DNA of 26,295 nucleotides, from assembly GCA_043813875.1 (NCBI GenBank), contig JBDRKP010000027.1, positions 1 to 26,295 on the forward strand, written 5' to 3'. The stretch is from an archaeon (GTDB taxonomy: Archaea; EX4484-52; B79-G9). Below are positions 1 through 8,092 of this stretch, piece after piece. Position 1 is the stretch's first letter. Each line of letters begins with the position of its first letter. Both the position numbers and the translations under genes were made by a program. A model generated the notes under the pieces. The model was not told the origin of the DNA and made no database searches. It saw only the letters and a list, made by a program, of their open reading frames with translations.

Positions 1-44
1 TAGTGATTTTATTTCAGAAATAAACTCAATCCGGTGTATCTATA

Positions 45-1001
45 ATGGCATACAAAAAAATCGCAGCAGAGAATGTGCTCCTGATTCCAACCAAGAGCAG
101 GTATGAACTCGAACTTGAGAGGTGGGGTACTGTCGATAGTACAAGGAGGAGATTCAGGTCTGATGTAGCCTGGAATAATGTGATTGACGGTCATTATGCC
201 CAGAAAGAGAATCTTGCTAAGATTAAGGATGTGTCTGTTTTTGGTGAAAGTCAATTCGTAGATCGGTCTTTTTTGACAGATGAAGCTATCAAGAACAATG
301 ATCTTTTTGTCTTTCTCGGCGGAGACAATCATTTTACCTGGTGTGCGCAGAAGATACTCAAATATGTTCAAGAGACTGGAGATGATGAGAAGTATGTTGT
401 TGGTGTTGTGCTTGATCCCAGAAAGAGTTTCGGGGGGTTGCTGTATTACGGTATAGATCAGTTTCTTGGTAATGTGGAGAATATATTGGGTGGAGATTAC
501 AGGATAGAGAATTGGACCACGCTTGAAGCTAATGTGATGAATGAGAACGGAGATTGTATGCCCTATCCTGCTGTGGGTGATTACTTTGTCGGAGAACATG
601 ACAGGACGCTTATGTCGCGAAACGAGTTATATCTAGGGGGGGACAAGCTTGATGTACCTGATAAATCATCAGGCATATTATTTGTAGCTGGGGCTGGCTC
701 TGATGATGGGTCCTGGTATGATAATGTACACAATATCATGTTTGGTTCTCCTGACAGGTTTGGAAAGGAAGAAGATTTTGCGCGTGTAGTGCTGACTGAA
801 AATAAATCGAAAACAAAATTTACATTGGATAAAGGACAGATACTTGTTGTGGATTCTTACAATGATGATAATGGCAAGATCAAGCCAGATTCTCATAATG
901 ATCATTCGGTTGATCTTTCTCTTGGTCATCGTGCAGAAATAAAGATCAGTGATATGAAGTTGAAAGTGGTGAATAGTAGTGATTATCAAATTCAGCGATG
1001 A
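45..1001 (+). CDS. NAD kinase-fold protein, NADK2-like, with divergent motifs
   Basis: TKSRYELE, FLGGDNH, VVGVVLDPRKSFGGL, AVGDYFVGE and KSSGILFVAGAGS occur in the same order as the NADK2-type motifs KTTRYEFE, GGDG, VIGVNTDP, ALNEVFIGE and KSSGLxxxTGTGS. Confidence 0.7.
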   Translation: MAYKKIAAENVLLIPTKSRYELELERWGTVDSTRRRFRSDVAWNNVIDGHYAQKENLAKIKDVSVFGESQFVDRSFLTDEAIKNNDLFVFLGGDNHFTWCAQKILKYVQETGDDEKYVVGVVLDPRKSFGGLLYYGIDQFLGNVENILGGDYRIENWTTLEANVMNENGDCMPYPAVGDYFVGEHDRTLMSRNELYLGGDKLDVPDKSSGILFVAGAGSDDGSWYDNVHNIMFGSPDRFGKEEDFARVVLTENKSKTKFTLDKGQILVVDSYNDDNGKIKPDSHNDHSVDLSLGHRAEIKISDMKLKVVNSSDYQIQR

Positions 1002-1902
1002 TCTCTTGGAGCAGGAGATTTTTGCAAATGGCGATGAACTTGCTCAAATCATGGGTTATGACCGGGACGAGAAAGGAAACAGGATTTATTCTTGCCCGGA
1101 TGATAAAAAGGTTAGCGTGGTCACTTTTGATGAGCCTGTGCTCATGACTGATAACGACAGAATCGCTAAACTTGATCCTGTACTTAGAGATACTGTTTTT
1201 GCATTGTATTCTTCGCCTGTCAAGAGAATAGAGTATGGTAATGTCAGCTTGAGGTTTGAGCAGGATAAATATCCTGGTGTCTGGGGGCCGTCAATAGATA
1301 CTCTTTTATTCTGCAGAGGGCTAAAGAAAGCCGGGCTTGAAAATGTAGAGGATGTTGTAGAGATTGGATGTGGTTCTGGTTTTGTTTCTAAGTATGTCCT
1401 TTGTAATGCGCCTGATATCAAAAACATGACGCTTGTTGACATCAATAACTATGCAATCGGGTGTGCATATGACAATATTGATGATGAGAGGGCTACATTT
1501 GTTGCGGGCAATGGCATTGATCATATTTACGGGAAGATGTATGATCTGATTGTGTGTAATCCTCCTTATATTCCAAGGCCTGAAAGCATCGATGATAATG
1601 CGTATGAGGGTCTTGAGCTTCTGCATTATCTTATAGATAATGCAACAGAACATCTGAATGAGGATGGTCGACTTATCGTGAATATATCGAGCATGTCAAA
1701 GAAGCAGACTTATGAACTTATCAAAGATTCGGGAGTCAAGGCAAGAGAGATTGATGCTATGTGTGTGCCGCTGAAAGTCTATAATGTCTTGAATAATCAG
1801 GAATGGAAAGATTATCTTTTGGATACGGGGCGCTTAAGAAAGGAACGAAGAAGCGGTTATGATTATTGGCAGAGGATTGCGATTACTGAGATACGTATCT
1901 GA
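979..1902 (+). CDS. Class I SAM-dependent methyltransferase (HemK/MTS-like, NPPY) with N-terminal extension
   Basis: VVEIGCGSG motif I, LVDIN, DLIVCNPPY; GGTGA at 968-972 precedes GTG 979; overlaps upstream gene by 23 nt. Confidence 0.85.
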   Translation: MIIKFSDDLLEQEIFANGDELAQIMGYDRDEKGNRIYSCPDDKKVSVVTFDEPVLMTDNDRIAKLDPVLRDTVFALYSSPVKRIEYGNVSLRFEQDKYPGVWGPSIDTLLFCRGLKKAGLENVEDVVEIGCGSGFVSKYVLCNAPDIKNMTLVDINNYAIGCAYDNIDDERATFVAGNGIDHIYGKMYDLIVCNPPYIPRPESIDDNAYEGLELLHYLIDNATEHLNEDGRLIVNISSMSKKQTYELIKDSGVKAREIDAMCVPLKVYNVLNNQEWKDYLLDTGRLRKERRSGYDYWQRIAITEIRI

Positions 1903-1970
1903 GTATGGCTGCCTGGAATGCTGGCTTTGTCTGTATCACAAATATATATTTCGGGTTCTAAAATACAATT

Positions 1971-2372
1971 ATGGCGCTAAGGGAGATCCAGAAGAAAGCA
2001 GGGGTTTTTGAGGCATCTAATGATGCTTTGTGTTTCGGGCTTAGTTTTTCGGAGTTGAATTATCTTAGTGTAATCAAGGTTGAAGCTGTCGTCATGGAGG
2101 GGCTTAAAGATGCCTCAATGCTAAAGACGAAGTTCAATGTCATGGTGCTTGCTCTTGATCTTAGTATTTTTCGCGTTTTCGGGATTATCGAGAGGTATAT
2201 TGATACCCTTCTGACTCATGCGAAGGTTATTGTCAAGCTGAAGGTTGAGACTGATCTTGATGGCGCCAAGAATGTGGTTGCTCAGCTTGCAAGACCGCTG
2301 AATCTCCAGCCTGAGCAGTATGTTGAGGCGGAAGACGGGGTCTGGCTGATATTGACGAGGATATGCTTATGA
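1971..2372 (+). CDS. Hypothetical protein
   Basis: 133-aa ORF with host-like codon usage, AT-rich upstream region, end overlaps next gene. Confidence 0.6.
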   Translation: MALREIQKKAGVFEASNDALCFGLSFSELNYLSVIKVEAVVMEGLKDASMLKTKFNVMVLALDLSIFRVFGIIERYIDTLLTHAKVIVKLKVETDLDGAKNVVAQLARPLNLQPEQYVEAEDGVWLILTRICL

Positions 2373-2716
2373 ATGAGATATTGATTATTATTCTTCTGGT
2401 TGTGGTTGTTTTGCTGCTTTTCCGTCATGCCCTCATACTTGAGAAGAGGCTGAAGGAGACTGAGTCCAGGAAGCAGAGCCAGTCGACTCGTTATGGGCAG
2501 ATCTTTGAGCAGATGGTGCCTTTTTCCAAGGATTTCCCGTTCGATCCTAAGAATTTCAGGTTTATCGGCAATCCTATAGACGGTGTGGTGTTCGAGGAGG
2601 ATAAGATCGTTTTCTGCGAGATAAAGCTCAATAATTCCACTCTGTCGCCTAAACAGAAAAAGATAAAAAGCCTTGTCGAGGATAAGAAAGTCTATTGGAA
2701 AGAGGTCAGGGGTTAA
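2363..2716 (+). CDS. Membrane-anchored Holliday junction resolvase-like endonuclease (Endonuc_Holl family)
   Basis: N-terminal hydrophobic helix followed by GQIFEQMVPF, FRFIGNPIDGVVF, IVFCEIK and LSPKQKKIK; alternative ATG at 2369. Confidence 0.85.
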   Translation: MLMNEILIIILLVVVVLLLFRHALILEKRLKETESRKQSQSTRYGQIFEQMVPFSKDFPFDPKNFRFIGNPIDGVVFEEDKIVFCEIKLNNSTLSPKQKKIKSLVEDKKVYWKEVRG

Positions 2717-2720
2717 ATAT

Positions 2721-3305
2721 ATGATGAATTTTTCATTTTCAAGAGAGGAGATCAAGGATCTTGTTGTTTCAGCTCTGGCGCTAGGGTTTATTTTCTCGGT
2801 GGGTTACGGGCTGGATCCGGTCATGATATTGATGATCACTGCTATCGTTTCTGTGTCTTTTATCCCGCATGAACTTGCTCATAAGTATTTTGCGATGAAG
2901 TACGGGTGTTTTGCGAAGTATCAGATGTGGAAGAATGGGTTGATTTTTGCTCTTGTTCTTGCGATTGTCACGAAGGGTGGCTTTGTTTTTGCTGCGCCGG
3001 GAGCGGTCATGATATATACTGCTTACCATGACAGGTATGGCGTGAGGCAGGTGAATCTTACGCCTAAGCAGAATGCGTTTATATCGGCGGCGGGGCCTGT
3101 GACGAATATCCTTATTGCGTTGATGTTTTTGCCGCTTGCAGGGACTGGTGAGTTTTTCAGTATGATTGTCTATGTGAATAGTTTCCTTGCTTTTTTCAAC
3201 CTGCTGCCTATTCCGCCGCTTGACGGTTCGAAGATCATATGGTATAATATCCTTCTCTGGGGCGTGTTGATTGGGGCAAGCTGGGTATTGCTTTCTTTAG
3301 CCTGA
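2721..3305 (+). CDS. Site-2 protease (M50 family) membrane metallopeptidase
   Basis: HELAH zinc motif, ISAAGPVTN, FNLLPIPPLDG; ATG 2721 just after upstream stop. Confidence 0.93.
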   Translation: MMNFSFSREEIKDLVVSALALGFIFSVGYGLDPVMILMITAIVSVSFIPHELAHKYFAMKYGCFAKYQMWKNGLIFALVLAIVTKGGFVFAAPGAVMIYTAYHDRYGVRQVNLTPKQNAFISAAGPVTNILIALMFLPLAGTGEFFSMIVYVNSFLAFFNLLPIPPLDGSKIIWYNILLWGVLIGASWVLLSLA

Positions 3306-3341
3306 TAAGATATATAAGTCCGATATGCGTTATACTATTGT

Positions 3342-3623
3342 ATGCTTATTGAGATCATTGAAGTGCTCAGGGCTGGTGTCGTTGCGGTTATCCAGAGCGC
3401 GATAAATACGAGCAAAGTATTTGTCATGTCGCTGATCAAGGCCTTTATCATATTCAGGGATGGTGTCCAGACAGCGAGTTATCTTGAGATATTTATTGTG
3501 GTTTCTGTTTTTGCTTTTATCGGCTATATGGCTTTCAAGTTCCTTGTCGGGTCGGCGGCGCAGTTCGCGAAGTATCTGTTTGTACTGATATTGCTTTTTG
3601 TGCTGACGATTCTGATTCTTTGA
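3342..3623 (+). CDS. Small membrane protein, unknown function
   Basis: 93 aa with hydrophobic segments; TATA-like TATATAA upstream. Confidence 0.65.
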   Translation: MLIEIIEVLRAGVVAVIQSAINTSKVFVMSLIKAFIIFRDGVQTASYLEIFIVVSVFAFIGYMAFKFLVGSAAQFAKYLFVLILLFVLTILIL

Positions 3624-3934
3624 TGTGTGTATTGTCTGCATGTTAGGGGTTTTGTGGTTTTCCTGTTTGCTTTCTTTGGGTTTAGGGTCTGATTTTTGGG
3701 TGATTATGTGTTGGCTTTATAAAGGTATTGTCACATATAGGAACATTGAAAGGGAAACAGTTGATTTATATCTTGATTCTCATGAAGAGTTAAGTATGTC
3801 AAGTATACATTGAAAATTTATTGTATATAGAATTTTATTGTATCAAAAATAATATTTTGTCAGAGCTGTGTAATTTTATACGCGGTTCATAAAGTGTTAA
3901 ACTGTTTCTACTAAATTAGGAATCGTGATAGAGT

Positions 3935-5161
3935 ATGGAATGTTTTAGAGAATTAGGTATTATTGAGCCTATTTTGAAGTCAATAGAAGAAATGCATTTT
4001 GAGGAGCCGAGCGAGATCCAGAAAAAGGCTATCCCTCTTGTTATTGCAGGAAAGGATATCCTTGCAGGGTCTGCGACGGGTTCGGGCAAGACGCTTGCGT
4101 TCGGTTGCGGTATCATACAGAATATTGTCAGGGGGAATGGCGTCCAGGCTTTGGTTCTTGCGCCTACAAGGGAGCTTGCAGAGCAGGCTACTGAGTCTTT
4201 GAGAAATTTTTCAAAGTATAAGCCGCTGAGGATTATTTCTGTCTACGGCGGTGTGGCGATAGGGCCGCAGATTGCGCAGCTGAAGACTGCTGATGTTGTG
4301 GTCGGGACGCCGGGAAGGATACTTGATCATCTTGAGAGAAGGACTATCAAATTGAGTGATATAAAAATACTTGTTTTGGATGAAGCTGACAGGATGCTTG
4401 ATATGGGATTCAGGTATGATGTCGAGAAGATTATCAGGGTGTGTCCGACTAAAAGGCAGACGATGCTCTTTTCGGCTACTATCGAGGGTGATGTAGGTCA
4501 TCTTGCCCAGAAGTATATGAAGGATCCTGTGAAGGTTTCTTTAGTGTCTTATGTCGATCCGTCAAAGCTCACCCAGGTCTATTATGATGTCGAGGACAGG
4601 ATGAAGTTCTCGCTTCTGGTGCATCTTTTGAAAAATGAGCCAGCAGGGCTTGTGATGGTTTTCTGCAATACGCAGAGGAATACGGATTTTGTTGCCAATA
4701 ACCTGAAGTTTTCAGGGATAGAGTCGCTTGCGATCCACGGCGGATTTTCGCAGGATAAGAGGACAAGAGTGATGAAGCAATTCAACTCCATGAAAAGAGT
4801 GTATGTTCTTGTCTGTACGGATGTCGCTGCAAGAGGGCTTGATATCAAGGGTGTTTCGCATGTGTATAATTACGATATTCCGCGGGATACTAAGACGTAT
4901 ATCCACAGGATCGGGAGAACTGCAAGGGCAGGGGAAGAAGGCAAGGCCATAAGTATCCTCTCAAGCAGGGATTATGATAATTTTACCCGCGTCCAGAGGG
5001 ACAGGTCGCTGAGAGTCCAGAGGGAAGAAGTGCCGTTTGTTGAAAGGGTGAGTATAAGGGTTCTTGATAATCCTATGAGGGGCGGAAGAGATGATGCCCG
5101 GGGACCACGGCGTTTCGGGAATTCAGGCAGGAGACCTTTCGGCGGCCCTAGAAGGCGCTAA
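3935..5161 (+). CDS. DEAD-box RNA helicase (DeaD/CshA-like)
   Basis: Q motif, TGSGKT, PTRELA, TPGR, DEAD, SAT, ARGLD, HRIGRTAR; R/G-rich C-terminal tail. Confidence 0.97.
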   Translation: MECFRELGIIEPILKSIEEMHFEEPSEIQKKAIPLVIAGKDILAGSATGSGKTLAFGCGIIQNIVRGNGVQALVLAPTRELAEQATESLRNFSKYKPLRIISVYGGVAIGPQIAQLKTADVVVGTPGRILDHLERRTIKLSDIKILVLDEADRMLDMGFRYDVEKIIRVCPTKRQTMLFSATIEGDVGHLAQKYMKDPVKVSLVSYVDPSKLTQVYYDVEDRMKFSLLVHLLKNEPAGLVMVFCNTQRNTDFVANNLKFSGIESLAIHGGFSQDKRTRVMKQFNSMKRVYVLVCTDVAARGLDIKGVSHVYNYDIPRDTKTYIHRIGRTARAGEEGKAISILSSRDYDNFTRVQRDRSLRVQREEVPFVERVSIRVLDNPMRGGRDDARGPRRFGNSGRRPFGGPRRR

Positions 5162-5191
5162 GTTCCTTATTTTTTCTTTTTTCGTTGTTTT

Positions 5192-5312
5192 GAGCGGGAT
5201 GGGTCATTTGACCCACGACTGCGATGAGAAACAGGGTTGTTTTGCCTGATTGTTCTGGTCTATGTCCTAAGTAGACTTAAGTCTTTGTTCAACGAAATCG
5301 CCCCGTCCGCCA
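5192..5312. ncRNA. Candidate structured RNA/DNA element (~120 nt), copy 1
   Basis: GC-rich intergenic island with terminal stem GCGG(G)ATGGG/CCCGTCCGC and internal hairpins TGGGTCA-tt-TGACCCA, GAAACA-gggt-TGTTTT, GTCTAT-gtcctaa-GTAGAC and palindrome AGACTTAAGTCT; ends in GCCA; G-U pairs favour the + strand. Confidence 0.5.
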
Positions 5313-5381
5313 GACAACGAACCGTATGTGCTCAATAGCTTTAAAAATATTAATTTCCATTTAGTAGTATTCGGTGGTATA

Positions 5382-5975
5382 ATGAGTTTTATGTTAAAGC
5401 TACTTGCTGGTAAACCGGGCTTTTCTGCAACGTATAAAGATATAGAAGCCAGTTTCAAAGATAAATATGCCCGCATAGTGCCTATGTGGCAGGATGAGGG
5501 ACCAGACAAATTCATTAGAATGCACCTTGATGAAACAACTAAACAAAAGTATGTGGACTTTGATGCGGAAAGCGGACGCTACACGTTAAATCAAAAAGGA
5601 AAGAGAATACTTGTTAAAGAAACAGAAGATCTTCCATTGTATTTTACAGCTTTATCTCCTGAAGAGGCGATGGGCGTATTTAAATTTATTAACGCATGTA
5701 GAATTCAAGCACCAAGAGAGAAAGCATATTATTTTGACCGTTCGCTTATTTCCTATAAAACGCTAATTGATGCTATTGAGAAATGCCTCGTGGGTGAACC
5801 AATTAACATCGATGATATTACTAAAATGAATTGCGGCATTTTAAAAGGAGACACCCGTGCAGTGGACTTGGGAGGCGTATTAACATATCTGGAGGAATCA
5901 GGTATTCTTACTTCTGATTTGAATAATGCGGATGAAGATGTGCTTGATAAGTTCATTAAAGAACGATACGGTTGA
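5382..5975 (+). CDS. Hypothetical protein, possibly winged-helix-containing, atypical codon usage
   Basis: GGTGG at 5373-5377 before ATG 5382; GRYTLNQKGKRIL resembles a wHTH wing; A-ending codons unlike its + strand neighbours. Confidence 0.65.
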   Translation: MSFMLKLLAGKPGFSATYKDIEASFKDKYARIVPMWQDEGPDKFIRMHLDETTKQKYVDFDAESGRYTLNQKGKRILVKETEDLPLYFTALSPEEAMGVFKFINACRIQAPREKAYYFDRSLISYKTLIDAIEKCLVGEPINIDDITKMNCGILKGDTRAVDLGGVLTYLEESGILTSDLNNADEDVLDKFIKERYG

Positions 5976-5982
5976 TTTTTAC

Positions 5983-6120
5983 TGGCAGGCGAGGGCGACT
6001 CTTCGACTGTTACGGCAGCCTCGCCGCATTGGTTCTATTGGTTAGCGGTCGCTGAACAAAGGATTTTGTCACTCCGCTACGGCTCCGTCCGAATCGCTTT
6101 GCGACTCGACAAAATCTCAT
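5983..6120. repeat. Structured element related to 5192-5312, inverted orientation, with expanded hairpins
   Basis: Reverse complement reads CTTTGTTCAGCGA...GTCGCCCTCGCCTGCCA versus copy 1 CTTTGTTCAACGA..ATCGCCCCGTCCGCCA; hairpins GATTTTGTC(6062-6070)/GACAAAATC(6108-6116) and GGCGAGG/CCTCGCC. Confidence 0.5.
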
Positions 6121-6161
6121 AGTTAATCTTTTTTTGTTTTGTTCACTTTCTGGTGCGGTAA

Positions 6162-6395
6162 TCAGAGGTGTTCTATCGCTTTGTTTATCGCAGGCAGTAT
6201 CGCTACTATCTCTTCTTTCAATAATCTGCCCAGTTTGCTGAAGCTGTATTCGCCGGCTGCGCTTTTGTTTTCTCTTGAAATCTGCAGTTTTTTTGTGCCG
6301 CCGTTGTATGAGTAGACGCTTACGGATATTTTTGTCTTTTCGAATTCTATTGTTTCGCTGAACAATTCTTTGTCCAGGTTTTTGTCAAATGCCAT
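6162..6395 (-). CDS. Small conserved-looking protein (77 aa), possibly PC4/whirly-like nucleic acid-binding fold
   Basis: GGAGGAG RBS (6401-6407) before ATG 6395; MAFDKNLDKELF...VSVYSYNGGTKKLQISRE...SKLGRL has a beta-strands-then-helix pattern. Confidence 0.7.
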   Translation of the reverse strand: MAFDKNLDKELFSETIEFEKTKISVSVYSYNGGTKKLQISRENKSAAGEYSFSKLGRLLKEEIVAILPAINKAIEHL

Positions 6396-6489
6396 TTTAT
6401 CTCCTCCTTTCTCTTTGTTATTTGGTAAGTGTGTTTTTTTATATGTCTTTTGATGTGAGATTAATATATTATCGGAACTAATTTTAGTT

Positions 6490-7569
6490 ATGGCTAATGA
6501 TAAGGTGCGAAGGCTGCTTGATGTGAGCAAAATAGTCATAAGGGATTGCTGTCTTTCTGGCGGGGCGATTGTCGCTGCGAATTCTAGCAAGGATTATTTT
6601 CCGCGCGAGGCGAAGAATTACAGGTTCGTGTGGCCGCGTGATGCGTCTTATACATGCATCGCTGCCGGGCTTTTAGGCATGAGGGATATCCAGGAGCCTT
6701 TTTTTGAATGGTGCATGAAAGCGGAGGGCTGGGCGCGGACAGGGTTGTTTTATGAGAAGTATTACGTCAATGGCAGGAAGGCGTTGCGCCATTTCCAGCC
6801 AGACCAGACCGGGAGTGTTCTTTTGGCTGTGCATGATTATTATAAGGATGATGATGGGGTTCCTGCCAGATTTGAGCAGCTTGTGAGGAAGTCTGCTGAT
6901 GGCCTGTGCCGTGTTTGGTCAAAGGATCATTTCCGTGTGGTCACGCAGGATCTCTGGGAGGAGCGGCTGTGTTTTCCGGATTTAAAAGAGAATTTTATGT
7001 ATTCGCTTGCTGTCTGTTACAGGGGGCTAATGTGTGCCAATGAGTTGATACCTAATGAGCTGTGGGTGAGGGTTGCGGGTGAGATGAAGGATGCGCTGCT
7101 TATGGCTTCTAACGATAAGGGTCATTTTTATAGGTCTTTTGGGAAGATCCCTGATGAGCGGGTCGATGCTTCGCTTCCTGGGCTTGTGTGGCCGGCGGGG
7201 GTTGTCCAGGCGGATGATCTGCGTATGGTGAAAACTGTTTCTTTGATTGAGGGGAGGATTGTGAGGGATTTTGGCGTGTACCGGTATGAGCATGATGAGT
7301 ATGACGGGTGGATGTACAGGAAGAACGTGCATCGCAAGAAGGGGGCGGGCTATTGGCCGCTTTTGAGCTTGTGGATGGCTGTCTATTATCTTGAGTTGGG
7401 GGATAAGGCTACTGCTTTGAAGTATTATAACAAGGTTCTTCTTGATGTTGGTGATGATGGATTTATTCCTGAGCAGGTTTTTGATAATGATGTGCAGGTC
7501 TCTGTGTCGCCGCTTTGTTGGGCGCATTCTATGTTTGTGATCGCGTCGAAGAGGCTGGGTTATCTTTGA
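6490..7569 (+). CDS. Glycoside hydrolase family 15 (glucoamylase-like)
   Basis: GAIVAA, YRFVWPRDA, QPDQTG, DLWEE, YRYEHDEYDG, IPEQV, SPLCWAHSMF. Confidence 0.93.
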   Translation: MANDKVRRLLDVSKIVIRDCCLSGGAIVAANSSKDYFPREAKNYRFVWPRDASYTCIAAGLLGMRDIQEPFFEWCMKAEGWARTGLFYEKYYVNGRKALRHFQPDQTGSVLLAVHDYYKDDDGVPARFEQLVRKSADGLCRVWSKDHFRVVTQDLWEERLCFPDLKENFMYSLAVCYRGLMCANELIPNELWVRVAGEMKDALLMASNDKGHFYRSFGKIPDERVDASLPGLVWPAGVVQADDLRMVKTVSLIEGRIVRDFGVYRYEHDEYDGWMYRKNVHRKKGAGYWPLLSLWMAVYYLELGDKATALKYYNKVLLDVGDDGFIPEQVFDNDVQVSVSPLCWAHSMFVIASKRLGYL

Positions 7570-8081
7570 TTTTTCAGGTACTGGTCGATTGCGTTCTTCA
7601 GCTGTTCTGGTTTCTGTGAGCCGATGAGTAGTTTTTTTCCATCTGTTAATTCTATCTGTAGGCCGTGGTTGCCGGAGACGTTATATGCTTTGCCTTTGCC
7701 GAAGAGACCGCATCTTATGCCCCAGCCGCCGTATTCTGTTATGGGTTGATAGGTTCTTGTGTAGTATTTTGTGTCTTTTTCTATTGGTATTTTTTTGTAT
7801 TTCAGGTGGAATGGGGTGAATCTTAGGTATAGGCCGTCAGTACGTACTTCTGTTGTCAGCTTTAATTTGTAGAAGAAGAGTGGAAATAGTATTCCAAAAC
7901 CGACCCAGAATAAAGTTAACATTGTGTCTGACATCGGGTTGTTTCCGACAGGGGTGCCGAAGATTACCTGTGTTATGAATATGTACCAGATGATGATTGT
8001 AGGGGGGAGGATCAAAATCCAGATACATGTTTCCCTGAATTGCTGCTCTTCGCGGAATAGGGGGTGGTTTTTTTCTTGCAT
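7560..8081 (-). CDS. Membrane protein (DUF6141-like)
   Basis: FREEQQF, two TM segments, YQPITEYGGWGIR, AYNVSGNHGLQIEL, LLIGSQKPEQL. Confidence 0.8.
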   Translation of the reverse strand: MQEKNHPLFREEQQFRETCIWILILPPTIIIWYIFITQVIFGTPVGNNPMSDTMLTLFWVGFGILFPLFFYKLKLTTEVRTDGLYLRFTPFHLKYKKIPIEKDTKYYTRTYQPITEYGGWGIRCGLFGKGKAYNVSGNHGLQIELTDGKKLLIGSQKPEQLKNAIDQYLKNQR

Positions 8082-8092
8082 GGCGTGGCCTT

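Noticed and set aside
3625..3813. 62-aa ORF upstream of the helicase
   Set aside because: Low-complexity T-rich sequence with no RBS; more likely terminator or promoter DNA.
3815..3843. Short direct repeat of ATTTATTGTAT/TTTTATTGTAT upstream of the helicase
   Set aside because: Only two copies in very AT-rich DNA; not a CRISPR array and not supportable as an operator.
5192..5312. tRNA or 5S rRNA call, suggested by the ~120-nt length and CCA end
   Set aside because: No canonical T-loop or D-loop, no clean 7-bp acceptor stem and no 5S consensus layout; kept only as an unknown structured element.
6396..6590. ORF-track N-terminal extension of the 6162-6590 ORF
   Set aside because: Overlaps the GH15 gene and the divergent promoter region; the strong RBS marks 6395 as the start.
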